A stretch of DNA of 64,000 bases from an uncultured Desulfarculales bacterium (GCA_964569795.1 CAZMVB010000001.1:195233-259232); one strand, 5' to 3'; shown: positions 31,585 through 41,433, counted from the first letter of the stretch. Numbers and translations: made by a program. Notes: generated by a model from the letters alone, not told the origin.

Positions 31585-32019
31585 ATGAGCGACCAGATCA
31601 AAACGGTTGACCAGTTCTTCACCGCCATGAACCGGTACGACGTCCCGGGCATGGCCGCCCTGCTGGCCGATGACGTCGTCGCCTGGGAGGTGGCCGAGGC
31701 CGAGGCCTGCCGCGGCCGGGACGCGTTTGCCAAATCCTACACCGAGCTGTTCATTGGCTACCCCGACTGCCGGTGCGAAATCCTGGAAAGGCACGACGCC
31801 GGCCGGGACGTGATCTACGAGGTCCGCTGGGCGGCGACCAACACCGGCGTTTACAAGGGCGTGCCCCCGACCGGCAAACCGGTCGAGCTCCGGATCGCCT
31901 ATTTCTTCAAGTTCGAGGGCGACCGGATCGCCCGGATCACCGAGTACTACGATCTGGCCACCCTGCTCGTCCAGCAGGGCCAGCTTCTAACACCCAACGG
32001 CCAGGGGAGTCAGGCATGA
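31585..32019 (+). CDS. SnoaL-like / ester-cyclase-like NTF2-fold protein
   Basis: VDQFFTAMNRYDVPGMAALLADDVV...GVPPTGKPVELRIAYFFKFEGDRIARITEYYD is typical of the SnoaL polyketide-cyclase-like family. The ATG follows GGGGGAAGGGG. Confidence 0.7.
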   Translation: MSDQIKTVDQFFTAMNRYDVPGMAALLADDVVAWEVAEAEACRGRDAFAKSYTELFIGYPDCRCEILERHDAGRDVIYEVRWAATNTGVYKGVPPTGKPVELRIAYFFKFEGDRIARITEYYDLATLLVQQGQLLTPNGQGSQA

Positions 32020-33284
32020 TCTCGGCCACGGAATGGGAAATCCTGCGGGAAATAAAAAGTCGGCGGGCCCTGGAGCATATCGAGAGACTGTGCGCCTTGG
32101 GCGACCGGTTCGTGGGGACCGAGGGCGACCGGAAGGCGATCGACTATGTCCGGCGCCATTTCGAGCGATGCGGCCTGGAGATCAAGGAGACGCCGATCAC
32201 CGCGCCGTGCTTCATCGAGGAAAGTCCGCCGACCCTCCGGATCGAGGCCACGGGCCAGACCCTGACCGGCCTGTCCCCCTATCTCGGCCCGCCGACGCCC
32301 AAGGGCGGCGTCACCGGCGACGTGGTCGAAGTGGGCGAGGGGACGGAGGCCGACTTCGAGGGGATCGACGTGGACGGCAAGATCTGCCTCCTGATCGAAA
32401 AGGGGCTGGGGTATCTCAAGTTCTGGCTGGGAACCCTGGCCCAGCGGGCCGCCCGGCGCGGGGCCGTGGGCCTGATCGTGATCCATCCCATGCCCTGGCC
32501 CTACCGCAATTCCATGGAGGCCGGCAACAGCCACGTCGCCGATCGCTTCTGCTATCCCCAGCTCCCGGCCATGACCCTCTCGGCCGTGGAGGGGGCCAGG
32601 TTGATGTATGAACTGGGTCAGGGCCACACCCGGGTCCACCTGGAGGTCCACACCCTGATCGAGGAGCGCGACAGCCTGATCGTCTCCGGCGTCAAGAAGG
32701 GCGGCGAGTTCCCCGACGAGCGGGCGGCCATCCTGGGACACCGGGACACCGCCGTCCCGCCCGGGGCCAACGACAACACCAGCGGCACGGCCTGCGTGCT
32801 CACCCTGGCCGAGGTCCTGAGCGGGCGGGACTCCCGCCGGGGCTTCGAGTTCATCTCGTCCACGGCCGAGGACGGGGCCACCCTGGGGGCCTACCTCTAC
32901 TGCCAGGCGCATAAAGAAGAACTGCAGCGGAACATGAAGTGCCTGATCGACACGGACATGATCAGCGTCGGCGGCCAGATCAAGCAGGTCGCCAAGGGGC
33001 TGTGGCCCGACGCCGACCCGGTTCACGCCACGGGATGGCTGATGGACCTGGTCGATGAGGTGGCCGAGGACCTGGGCTACTACTTCGGCCGAATGGAGGC
33101 CGCCTGGGGCGTGGCCGAGAGCGCCCGGTTCCTGGACATCGGCGTGCCGTCCACCTGGTTCTGGGCCCCGGACGACCCCTATTACCACTCCACCGAGGAC
33201 AGCCCGGACAAGATCAACCCCAACAGCCTCAAGGCGGTGATGGACGTCTCGGCGGTGGTCATGTGGCGGCTGGCCCAGGAGTAG
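32016..33284 (+). CDS. M28-family metallopeptidase with PA domain
   Basis: ATGA overlap with the upstream gene. The PA-domain-like segment is GDVVEVGEGTEADFEGIDVDGKICLL. The M28 zinc motif is ILGHRDTAVPPGANDNTSG. The usual EE pair reads AED here. Confidence 0.8.
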   Translation: MISATEWEILREIKSRRALEHIERLCALGDRFVGTEGDRKAIDYVRRHFERCGLEIKETPITAPCFIEESPPTLRIEATGQTLTGLSPYLGPPTPKGGVTGDVVEVGEGTEADFEGIDVDGKICLLIEKGLGYLKFWLGTLAQRAARRGAVGLIVIHPMPWPYRNSMEAGNSHVADRFCYPQLPAMTLSAVEGARLMYELGQGHTRVHLEVHTLIEERDSLIVSGVKKGGEFPDERAAILGHRDTAVPPGANDNTSGTACVLTLAEVLSGRDSRRGFEFISSTAEDGATLGAYLYCQAHKEELQRNMKCLIDTDMISVGGQIKQVAKGLWPDADPVHATGWLMDLVDEVAEDLGYYFGRMEAAWGVAESARFLDIGVPSTWFWAPDDPYYHSTEDSPDKINPNSLKAVMDVSAVVMWRLAQE

Positions 33285-33349
33285 GCCGGGTCCGACGGAG
33301 GACGGGGGCGACCTCCGGGACCTGAAGAAAAACTTGCACGGGGGCGGGG

Positions 33350-34990
33350 ATGTTTTCCCTCCTCATTAAAAACGTCAAGCTGGTGGACGGCCGGGGCAAT
33401 CCCTGGCAATGGGCCGACGTCGGGCTCGACGGCCCGATCGTCGCCGCCGTGGGCCGCCTGGAAGAGGCCGAGGCCGAGCGGGTGATCGACGGCCAGGGAC
33501 GGGTGCTGGCCCCTGGATTCATCGACATGCACTCCCACGCCGACCTGGTCTTTCTGAGCGAGCGCCAGACCGAGCTGTTGGAGGGCCGGATCCGGCAGGG
33601 AATCACCACCGAGATCGTGGGCAACTGCGGCATCGGCCTGGCCCCGATCAAGGATCAGGACAAGTCGGCCTACGCCGCCAGCGTGGGCTGGATGACGCCG
33701 GAGACGGTCCCCTGGACCTGGAACAGCACGGCCGACTACCTCGACGCCCTGGAGGCCAAGGGGGTCCCGATCAACGTCGGCACCCTGACCGGCCACGGCG
33801 CGATCCGCTGCCTGGCCAAGGGCTTCGCCGGCGGCCTGGCCCTGTCCGCGGAACTCGAGGTCATGACCCAGGCCCTGGCCCGCAGTCTGGAGCAGGGCTC
33901 CTTTGGTCTGTCCAACGGCCTGATCTACCCGCCGGGCATGTTCGCCGACACCGCCGAGTTCATCGAGCTGGGCCGGGTGGTGGCCCATTACGACCGGCTG
34001 CTGACCAGCCACGTCCGGGGATCGAGCGAGACCGACGTCGAGGCCGAGGGGGAACTGATCACCATCGGCCGGGAGGCCGGCTGCCGGGTCCACCGCTCCC
34101 ACAACGAGGTCGTGGGCCGCGACCACTGGCCCAAGATCGAGACGACCCTGAAAATGGACGAGGAGGCCCGGCGGCAAGGGGTGGACATCGCCTTTGACAT
34201 GTTCCCCTACACCGCGGCGATGACGATGATGGTCGCCATCTACCCGCCCTGGACCCTGGACGGCGGCTGGGATCGGTTTTTGGAAAGGGTCCAGGACCCG
34301 GCCACCCGGTCCCGCATGGAGCGGGACATCGAGACAATGGTGCCCCGGTGGCCGACCTGGCTCCCGGGCTCCTGGCCCCACAACCTGGTCAAGGCCTGCG
34401 GCTGGGACCTGATCCACATCGGCTACATCCCCAGCCAAAGGAACAAGGAGTTCGAGGGGCTGAACCTGGCCGAACTGGGCCGGCGTCTGGGCAAGTCCCC
34501 CTTTGACGCCATCACCGACCTGATGATCGAGGAACAGGGGGCCATCAGCCAGCTCATCTTCGGGGTGTCCGGCGACCGCCAGACCGAGGAGGCCCTCAAA
34601 AAGATCATGACCCACCGTCTGGGCGGCTTTGCCACCGACGCCGTGGACATCGGTCAGGGCCGGCCCCACCCGGCGTCCTACGGCACTTTTCCGCGGATCC
34701 TGGGCCGCTACGTCCGGGAACTGGGGCTGCTCGGCCTGGAGGACGCCGTCCGCCGGATGACCTCCTTCCCGGCGGCCCGGCTGGGGATCAAGGACCGGGG
34801 CGCGGTCGCCGTGGGGTACCAGGCCGACCTGGTGCTCTTCGATCCGGAGACCATCGCCGACCGGGCGACCTACGAGGAGCCCCGGCAATTCCCGGTGGGT
34901 CTGGACTACGTCATCGTCAACGGCCAGGTCCTGGTGGAAGGAGACCGCCTCCATCCCATCCGGCCGGGCCGGGTGTTGCGCAAAACCTAG
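33350..34990 (+). CDS. N-acyl-D-amino-acid deacylase (D-aminoacylase) family amidohydrolase
   Basis: IKNVKLVDGRG...VLAPGFIDMHSHADL (HxH metal motif), 546 aa, and the D-aminoacylase-type C-terminus ADLVLFDPETIADRATYEEP...G...V.VNG. Confidence 0.8.
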   Translation: MFSLLIKNVKLVDGRGNPWQWADVGLDGPIVAAVGRLEEAEAERVIDGQGRVLAPGFIDMHSHADLVFLSERQTELLEGRIRQGITTEIVGNCGIGLAPIKDQDKSAYAASVGWMTPETVPWTWNSTADYLDALEAKGVPINVGTLTGHGAIRCLAKGFAGGLALSAELEVMTQALARSLEQGSFGLSNGLIYPPGMFADTAEFIELGRVVAHYDRLLTSHVRGSSETDVEAEGELITIGREAGCRVHRSHNEVVGRDHWPKIETTLKMDEEARRQGVDIAFDMFPYTAAMTMMVAIYPPWTLDGGWDRFLERVQDPATRSRMERDIETMVPRWPTWLPGSWPHNLVKACGWDLIHIGYIPSQRNKEFEGLNLAELGRRLGKSPFDAITDLMIEEQGAISQLIFGVSGDRQTEEALKKIMTHRLGGFATDAVDIGQGRPHPASYGTFPRILGRYVRELGLLGLEDAVRRMTSFPAARLGIKDRGAVAVGYQADLVLFDPETIADRATYEEPRQFPVGLDYVIVNGQVLVEGDRLHPIRPGRVLRKT

Positions 34991-35037
34991 CGCCCTCGCC
35001 CGAAACCGGCGGGGGACAAACTGAACGGGGGAAAGCC

Positions 35038-35874
35038 ATGACAGCCAGTGATGCGGTCCTGACGAACCCGATCTTCGAGGCCATCAACCGGGTGGGCCAG
35101 TCGCCCCAGGAGGCGATCCACGTCTGGGGGCAGGGCCTGGCCGTCCACCACGGCAACCTGCTGGCCGGCCTGGACGCCAACGTGGACCGGGCCGAGGTCC
35201 GCCAGGCGATCCTGAGAGACATCTGGAAGTTCGTCCAGTCCCAGGGTCTGACCGCGGTCAATGACGGTCTGGGGCTCACGGCCGAGCCGGATCTGGACGC
35301 CCTGAACGCGCTCATGGCCGCAATCCTGGCCGACGCCGGGCACCCCAAATTGACCGGCCTGGGGGCGGACGTCAACGAGTCCCTGGTCAACTGGGTCAAG
35401 GCCTTCACCCTGTACGACTGGGCGGCCTACACCTATCTCGAAAAACACCTGGGCTCGAAAGAGGGCCTCAAGATCTACATGGGGCTGTGGGAGTCCTTCG
35501 CCCTGGGCGTCCTGCCGGACATGAAGGCGGCCCTGGGCATCACCAGCGCCGAGGACCTGGACATGGCCATGATCAAGACCCTGTCCGAGCACTACTGGGC
35601 GGCCATCGGCTGCGCCAGCAACACCACCCGGTTCGACGACAACGTGTACGAGGCCGAACTGAGCGACTGCGCCTACTGGCTGAATATGAAGGACATGCTG
35701 GGCGAGGACCTGTCCCGGTCCATGACCCTCAAGACCGAGGCGGCGGTGTCGGTCAACTACTACGACGCCATCCTCAAGGCCCTGGGCGTCTTTGACCGGT
35801 ACTCGTTCACCATGGACCGGTTCCAGTGCTGCGGCGACGACCACTGCCGGGTCCGGTTCGAGCGCCGCGGCTAG
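35038..35874 (+). CDS. Uncharacterised protein, paralog A of a Cys-motif family (ATC-hydrolase-like?)
   Basis: Coding-like composition. The C-terminal half aligns by eye with ORF 37591-38193 (FTLYDW../FTLHDF.., DMAMIK/DDLIK, SDCAYW/TDCPYT, QCCGDDHCRVRFERR/QLCRTNDACEFTYRRK). Confidence 0.6.
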   Translation: MTASDAVLTNPIFEAINRVGQSPQEAIHVWGQGLAVHHGNLLAGLDANVDRAEVRQAILRDIWKFVQSQGLTAVNDGLGLTAEPDLDALNALMAAILADAGHPKLTGLGADVNESLVNWVKAFTLYDWAAYTYLEKHLGSKEGLKIYMGLWESFALGVLPDMKAALGITSAEDLDMAMIKTLSEHYWAAIGCASNTTRFDDNVYEAELSDCAYWLNMKDMLGEDLSRSMTLKTEAAVSVNYYDAILKALGVFDRYSFTMDRFQCCGDDHCRVRFERRG

Positions 35875-35925
35875 AAACGTCCGACCCCCGGGGCGGTCGG
35901 AGCGCTGACAAGGAGGGCGGGATTC

Positions 35926-36414
35926 ATGGCTTCCATCCTGATCATCTATCAGTCCCAGACGGGAAACACCCGGGCCATGGCCGAGGCGATCGAGGCCGGC
36001 GTCCGGGACGAGGGCGTGGACGTCGTCCGCAAGGACATCGCCGCGGCCAGCATCGACGACCTGCCTGACTTCGACGGCGTGATCATCGGATCGCCGACCT
36101 ATTTCGCCGCGACCACGGCCGAGGTCAAGCGGTTCATCGACGACAGCATCAAGTATTACAAAAAACTTGACGGCAAGGTGGGCGCCGCCTTCACCTCCTG
36201 CGGCGATCTGGGGGGCGGCGGGGAGACGGCCATCCTGGACATCCTGCGGTCCTTCCTCGTTCACGGCATGCTCGTCCCCGGGTACGTCGAGGGCGGCCAC
36301 TATGGTCCGGTGTCGGTCGGACATCCGGACGAGGAACGAAAACAAGTCTGCCGGTCATTCGGGTCCCGAGTGGCCCGGGTGGTCAAGGCCGTGGCCGGCG
36401 TGGTGACCGTTTGA
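35926..36414 (+). CDS. Flavodoxin-fold FMN protein (flavodoxin/WrbA-like)
   Basis: ILIIYQSQTGNTRAMAEAI...VIIGSPTYFAATTAEVKRFID is a classic flavodoxin FMN-binding pattern. Confidence 0.85.
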   Translation: MASILIIYQSQTGNTRAMAEAIEAGVRDEGVDVVRKDIAAASIDDLPDFDGVIIGSPTYFAATTAEVKRFIDDSIKYYKKLDGKVGAAFTSCGDLGGGGETAILDILRSFLVHGMLVPGYVEGGHYGPVSVGHPDEERKQVCRSFGSRVARVVKAVAGVVTV

Positions 36415-36434
36415 GGGCGGCCCGGGGGTGAACC

Positions 36435-37538
36435 ATGATTGTCGGCGTTCCCAAGGAAATAAAGGCGGCCGAAAGACGGGTCTCCCTCACGCCGGCCGGG
36501 GTCAAGGCCCTGACCGACGCTGACCACACGGTGCTGATCGAACGGGCGGCCGGCGAGGGCAGCGGCTTCACCGACGAGTCTTACCAGCGAGCCGGGGCCC
36601 AAATCCGGTCCGGGGCGGAGGAGGTCTGGATCGAGGCGGAGATGATCCTCAAGGTCAAGGAGCCGGTCGAGCCGGAATTCGACCGGATGCGGCCCGGGTT
36701 GATCGTGTTCACCTACCTCCATCTGGCCGCAAACGCCGAACTGACCCGGAAGCTGTTGGAGGCCGGGGTCGTGGGGCTGGCCTATGAGACCATCCAGACC
36801 GATGACCGCCGCTTGCCCCTCCTGGCGCCCATGAGCGCCGTGGCCGGGCGGCTGTCCATCCAGGCCGGGGCCTTCAGCCTGGAGACCAACAACGGCGGCC
36901 GGGGGGTCCTGCTCAGCGGCGTGCCCGGCGTTCGACCGGCCAAGGTGGTCATCCTGGGCGCCGGAGTGGCCGGTCTCAACGCCTGCCTCATCGCCGTGGG
37001 CATCGGCGCCCGGGTCTCGGTCCTGGACATCAACCACGACCGCCTCGAGGCCTTGAGCCATCTGACCGGCGGGCGGGCGGTGACCCTGATGTCCAACCAG
37101 GTCAGCGTCGAGGAGGAAGTCAGCCGGGCCGACTTGGTCATCGGCTCGGTGCTCATCCCCGGCGCCAAGGCGCCCAAGCTGATCCCCCGGGAACTGGTCA
37201 AGAACATGAAGCCCGGGGCGGCCATCGTTGACATCTCCATCGACCAGGGAGGCTGCTGCGAGACCAGCCTGCCCACGACCCACTTCGAACCGACCTATGT
37301 CGAGGACGGAGTGGTCCATTACTGCGTCACCAACATGCCGGGCGTGGTGCCCCGGACCTCCACCCTGGCCCTGACCAACGCCACCCTCCCTTACATTCTT
37401 GAGGTGGCCGACAAGGGCTATCAGAGGGCCGTGGCCGAAAACCCCGAAATAGCCGCGGGGCTGAACCTGCTGGAGGGAAAACTGGTGAACGAGGCCGTGG
37501 CCCGCAGCCTGGGCCTACCCCTGTCCACCATGAACTAG
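36435..37538 (+). CDS. ald: Alanine dehydrogenase
   Basis: [23 protein letters not shown]..., the NAD fold [13 protein letters not shown], and DISIDQGGC; 367 aa. Confidence 0.9.
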   Translation: MIVGVPKEIKAAERRVSLTPAGVKALTDADHTVLIERAAGEGSGFTDESYQRAGAQIRSGAEEVWIEAEMILKVKEPVEPEFDRMRPGLIVFTYLHLAANAELTRKLLEAGVVGLAYETIQTDDRRLPLLAPMSAVAGRLSIQAGAFSLETNNGGRGVLLSGVPGVRPAKVVILGAGVAGLNACLIAVGIGARVSVLDINHDRLEALSHLTGGRAVTLMSNQVSVEEEVSRADLVIGSVLIPGAKAPKLIPRELVKNMKPGAAIVDISIDQGGCCETSLPTTHFEPTYVEDGVVHYCVTNMPGVVPRTSTLALTNATLPYILEVADKGYQRAVAENPEIAAGLNLLEGKLVNEAVARSLGLPLSTMN

Positions 37539-37590
37539 GCCCGTCCGGGCCGGGAGAATTTGGAAACAACTCTTTTCAGGGAGGCAAGTC

Positions 37591-38193
37591 ATGTCAGAAC
37601 AAGCACCGGCTTTCGCCCCGATTCGTTATGACAACGTCATCAAGAATTACCAGGAGATGGCCAAGACCAAGCCCTATCTGACCTTCGAGTACGGGCTGGA
37701 GGCGATGCTGACCATCTTCACCCTGCACGACTTCTCCATGTTCCATGAACTGGAGGAGGAGTTCGGGACCGAGAAGGCGGTCGAGCTCTACGGCCGGATC
37801 TGGAAGCGGCGGACCTACCTGGAGTGGCCGGGGCTGCTGCAGTTCATCGGCAAGAAGGAGGGCGACCGGATCGACATGGACGATCTGATCAAGATCATGG
37901 AGGTCTATTTCGAGACCTTCGGCAACCCGATCTTCCTGGCCCGGCGGACCGATGACGAGGTGACCTTCCGGGTCACCGACTGCCCCTACACCACCCAGAT
38001 CCTGTGGCCCATGTTCCCGGCCGAGGAGAACCTGGCCTACAACGACAAGATCCAGGTAGAATGCAACTACGCCATCTTCGAGACCTTCCTCGAACTGGCC
38101 GGCCTGGAGGGCAAGTGGATCTTCGGTTTCCCGTCGCAGTTGTGTCGGACCAACGACGCCTGCGAGTTCACCTATCGCCGGAAGAAGTTCTAA
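37591..38193 (+). CDS. Uncharacterised protein, paralog B of the Cys-motif family
   Basis: See 35038-35874. It shares the FTLxD, DCxY and C...D.C.F.(Y/F).RR motifs. AGGGAGG lies upstream of the ATG. Confidence 0.6.
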   Translation: MSEQAPAFAPIRYDNVIKNYQEMAKTKPYLTFEYGLEAMLTIFTLHDFSMFHELEEEFGTEKAVELYGRIWKRRTYLEWPGLLQFIGKKEGDRIDMDDLIKIMEVYFETFGNPIFLARRTDDEVTFRVTDCPYTTQILWPMFPAEENLAYNDKIQVECNYAIFETFLELAGLEGKWIFGFPSQLCRTNDACEFTYRRKKF

Positions 38194-38289
38194 CCCGCCG
38201 GCCGGTCCCGGGCCCGACGCGGCAACGGGCCGGGTCGGGGGCGATCCGGGGGGGGGTTGGTGGCCTTAACACAGTTTGGAGGGGAAGAC

Positions 38290-39468
38290 ATGAAAAAGTT
38301 TGTGATCATCACCCTGGTGATCGCCGTCGCCGTCGCCGTGGGCCTGACGGCCCTGTCCGGCTCCCTGGTGGCGGCCAAGAAAAAAGGCCCGATCAAGATC
38401 GGCGCGGTGCTCAACTTCACCGGACCGATCGCCTTCATCGGTCCCATCTTCAAACGGGGCATCGTCCAGGCCCTGGAGGAGGTCAAATACACGGTCGGGG
38501 GCCGCAAGATCGTGCTGATCGTCGAGGACGCCGCCTCCAGTCCGGCCAAGTGCGTCGAGAAGGTCAAGAAGCTGGTCGAACGGGACAAGGTCCAGATCAT
38601 CATCGGCCCGCTCATGGGTGACGCCCAGTTGGCCATCGCCCCCTATCTGAAGCGGAAGAAGGTCCTGATCTCGACCCTGTACTGCGGCGACATCAAGCTG
38701 ACCAACTATCCCAACTGGCTGATCTATCCGACGACCCTGGTCGGCCTGACCGCGCCCGTGGGCTGGTACGCCGCCGACCGGGGCTGGAAGCGGATGGTGA
38801 CCATCGGCTCGGACTACGCGGGCGGCCGCGGCTTCATCAAGGGCATCAAGCTCGGGTTCGAGCAGAGGGGCGGCAAGGTGGTCCAGCAGATCTGGGCCCC
38901 GGTCGGCACCCGGGATTACGGCCCGGCCCTGTCCAACGTCACCCGGAAGGCCGACTGCTCGGCTTACTTCGTGGCCAGCCCGACCGAGGTCCTGCGGTTT
39001 CTGCCCCAGTACCGTCAGTTCGTCGGCCCCCGGCTGCCCCTCCTGGCGACCACCGCCGCGGCAGACATGCCCGAGGCGATCATGAAGCAGCTCAAGAAGA
39101 ACGTCCTGGGCCTCGAGGGCCAGGCCCTGTACATCAACACCCGGAAGGACCCGGTCAACATGGCCTTTGTCAAGGCCATGAAGAAACGCTGGGGCAAGGT
39201 ACCCGGAGGCCTGGAGAGCAATTCCTACTGCATCACCAGGGCCATCCTGTCCGGTCTCAAGGCCACCGGCGGAGACGAGTCATTCGACAAGCTCAAGCCG
39301 GCCATCTTGAAGATCAAGCTCCAGACGCCCCAGGGGCCCCTGTCCTGGACCCGGCACGGCGTGGCGGTGACCGACTGCTACATCGCCCGGGCGACGTTCA
39401 AGAACGGTCACTGGTTCTGGCAGCCGATCAAGATCTATAAGGCGGTCATGGATCCGCGGCTGAAGTAG
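38290..39468 (+). CDS. ABC transporter substrate-binding protein (branched-chain amino acid/LivK-type, family 4)
   Basis: Signal peptide MKKFVIITLVIAVAVAVGLTALSGSLVAA, then the PIKIGAVLNFTGPIA pattern of Leu/Ile/Val-binding proteins. Confidence 0.9.
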   Translation: MKKFVIITLVIAVAVAVGLTALSGSLVAAKKKGPIKIGAVLNFTGPIAFIGPIFKRGIVQALEEVKYTVGGRKIVLIVEDAASSPAKCVEKVKKLVERDKVQIIIGPLMGDAQLAIAPYLKRKKVLISTLYCGDIKLTNYPNWLIYPTTLVGLTAPVGWYAADRGWKRMVTIGSDYAGGRGFIKGIKLGFEQRGGKVVQQIWAPVGTRDYGPALSNVTRKADCSAYFVASPTEVLRFLPQYRQFVGPRLPLLATTAAADMPEAIMKQLKKNVLGLEGQALYINTRKDPVNMAFVKAMKKRWGKVPGGLESNSYCITRAILSGLKATGGDESFDKLKPAILKIKLQTPQGPLSWTRHGVAVTDCYIARATFKNGHWFWQPIKIYKAVMDPRLK

Positions 39469-39482
39469 TCCGGAAAAAAAGC

Positions 39483-39512
39483 TTCGGGGCGGGGCGAGGG
39501 TCCCGCCCCGAA
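39483..39512 (+). other. GC-rich intercistronic hairpin between binding-protein and permease genes
   Basis: An 11-bp perfect stem (TTCGGGGCGGG / CCCGCCCCGAA) with an 8-nt loop. No U-tract follows on the + strand, so it is a possible mRNA stabiliser or attenuator. Confidence 0.35.
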
Positions 39513-39549
39513 ACATCGCCCCGCCGGCAAACCTACCGGGTGAGACGCC

Positions 39550-40410
39550 ATGTCCTGGTTCCTGGTCAATCTCTTCAACGGCCTGTCCTACGGCATGGTC
39601 TTGTTTCTGATCGCCTCGGGCATGTCCATCGTCATGGGGGCCATGGGCATCACCAACCTGGCTCACGGGGCCCTGTACATGGTCGGGGCCTACATCGGAT
39701 GGACGGTGGCCGTCAAGCTCGGGGCCGGATTCTGGCTGGGCGTGGCCGCCGGCGGGGTGGCCGCCGGACTGGTGGGCCTGGTGATCGAGCGTGGTTTTCT
39801 GCGTTTTCTGTACAAACAGGCCAACGAACAGGTCCTGCTGACCTTTGGATTCGTGTACATCATTTCCAACCTGTGCCTCTGGATCTGGGGGGGCTGGCCG
39901 CGGATGGCCTTCACCGCCGACTTTTTGACCGGGACCTTCCCCCTCCTGGACCGGACCTACCCCAAGGCCCGCCTGGCGACGATCGTCCTGGGTCTTATCG
40001 TGGCGGTGGGGCTGTGGTGGGTCCAGGAAAGAACCCGGGTCGGGGCCATGGTCCGGGCCGGCATGGACGACAAGGAAACGGCCCAGGCCCTGGGCATCAA
40101 TCTGGAACGGGTTTTCGCGATCATGTTTTTCGGGGCCTCGTTCGTGGCCGGCCTGGCCGGGGTGTTGGGGGCCCAGATGCTGGGCGTCAACCCGAACATG
40201 GGCATGGAGATCCTGCTGCTGGCCTTGATCGTGATCATCGTCGGCGGCGTGGGATCGGTCGGCGGCGCCCTGGTGGGCGGGGTGCTGATCGGCCTGATCG
40301 ACGCCTTCGGCCGGGCGGTCCTCCCGCAACTGTCCATGTTCATCATGTACCTGGCCATGGTCATTGTCCTGACTATCCGGCCCAGCGGACTCTTGGGTCG
40401 AAAGAACTGA
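39550..40410 (+). CDS. livH: Branched-chain amino acid ABC transporter permease (LivH-type)
   Basis: MSWFLVNLFNGLSYGMVLFLIASGMSIVMG...TNLAHGALYMVGAY is a canonical LivH N-terminus; the protein is polytopic. Confidence 0.9.
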   Translation: MSWFLVNLFNGLSYGMVLFLIASGMSIVMGAMGITNLAHGALYMVGAYIGWTVAVKLGAGFWLGVAAGGVAAGLVGLVIERGFLRFLYKQANEQVLLTFGFVYIISNLCLWIWGGWPRMAFTADFLTGTFPLLDRTYPKARLATIVLGLIVAVGLWWVQERTRVGAMVRAGMDDKETAQALGINLERVFAIMFFGASFVAGLAGVLGAQMLGVNPNMGMEILLLALIVIIVGGVGSVGGALVGGVLIGLIDAFGRAVLPQLSMFIMYLAMVIVLTIRPSGLLGRKN

Positions 40411-40413
40411 GCC

Positions 40414-41433
40414 ATGCAGGTGACCGAATCGCTTTCCCTGAAGACGCCCCCGATGACGCTTCCCCGGGTTGGACACCCCTGGGTGGGATTCGTCGGCCTG
40501 ACGGTCCTTCTGGCCGGACTCCCCCTGCTGGTGACCGGATATTACCAGGGCCTGATGACCCGGTTTCTGATCTACGGCCTGTTCGCCGTGAGCTACAATT
40601 TGGCCTTTGGCTACACCGGGTTGCTGTCCCTGGGGCACGGCGCCTTTTTCGGGGCCGGGGCCTACTGCGTCGCTTTGTTGACGATGCACGCCGGGATCGA
40701 TTCCCTGTGGGTCGGGGCGCCGCTGGGGGTGGCCACGGCCGTTTTGGTGGCGGCCCTGTTCGGCCTGATCGCCCTCAGGGCCTCGGGTATCTACTTTCTG
40801 CTGGTGACCTTTGCCCTGGGTCAGATGTGTTTCAGCGTGGCCTGGAACTTCAAGTGGTTCAACTCGCCGGGGATGAGGGGCATCACCGGCCTGGACCTGC
40901 CGACCCTGGGCATTAAGGGCCTGGCCCTGACGACCGCCAGCTATTACTATCTGGTCCTGGGGATCTTCCTGGCCAGCCTGGTGGTGCTTCACCTGATCGT
41001 CCGCTCTCCCTTCGGCCTGTCCCTGGTGGGCATCAGGGAGGACGAGGCCCGGATGGAGGCCGTGGGCTACAACACCTGGCTGCACAAGTATCTGGCCTTT
41101 GTCATCTCGGGGCTGTTCTGCGGCCTGGCCGGGGTGCTGTTCGCCTATTACAACAACATGGTGGAACCGAATCACCTGGCGGTGGACACCTCGTTTTTAC
41201 CGATGGTCATGGCCATCATCGGCGGTCAGGGAACCTTGTTCGGACCCATTGTCGGGGCGGCGTTGATCGTCTTCTTCCAGGAAGTGGTCAGCGAGGTCAT
41301 GCCCATCCGGTGGCCTCTGGTCCTGGGCGGCCTGTTCGTGGTGTCGATCATGCTCGCCCGGCAGGGGGTCTGGGTGTATCTGAAAACGCTCATCGTCAGG
41401 ATCGGCCCAGGTCATGGAAGCGCTGAGAGTTGA
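40414..41433 (+). CDS. livM: Branched-chain amino acid ABC transporter permease (LivM-type)
   Basis: YNLAFGYTGLLSLGHGAFFGAGAY is the LivM signature; the protein is polytopic. Confidence 0.9.
   Translation: MQVTESLSLKTPPMTLPRVGHPWVGFVGLTVLLAGLPLLVTGYYQGLMTRFLIYGLFAVSYNLAFGYTGLLSLGHGAFFGAGAYCVALLTMHAGIDSLWVGAPLGVATAVLVAALFGLIALRASGIYFLLVTFALGQMCFSVAWNFKWFNSPGMRGITGLDLPTLGIKGLALTTASYYYLVLGIFLASLVVLHLIVRSPFGLSLVGIREDEARMEAVGYNTWLHKYLAFVISGLFCGLAGVLFAYYNNMVEPNHLAVDTSFLPMVMAIIGGQGTLFGPIVGAALIVFFQEVVSEVMPIRWPLVLGGLFVVSIMLARQGVWVYLKTLIVRIGPGHGSAES

Noticed and set aside
36435-37538. Possibility that the AlaDH-family gene is the missing 2,4-diaminopentanoate dehydrogenase (Ord) of the ornithine pathway
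   Set aside because: The sequence has the canonical L-alanine dehydrogenase N-terminus and NAD fold ([10 protein letters not shown]...[10 protein letters not shown]). As far as I recall, Ord belongs to a different family. It is kept as ald.
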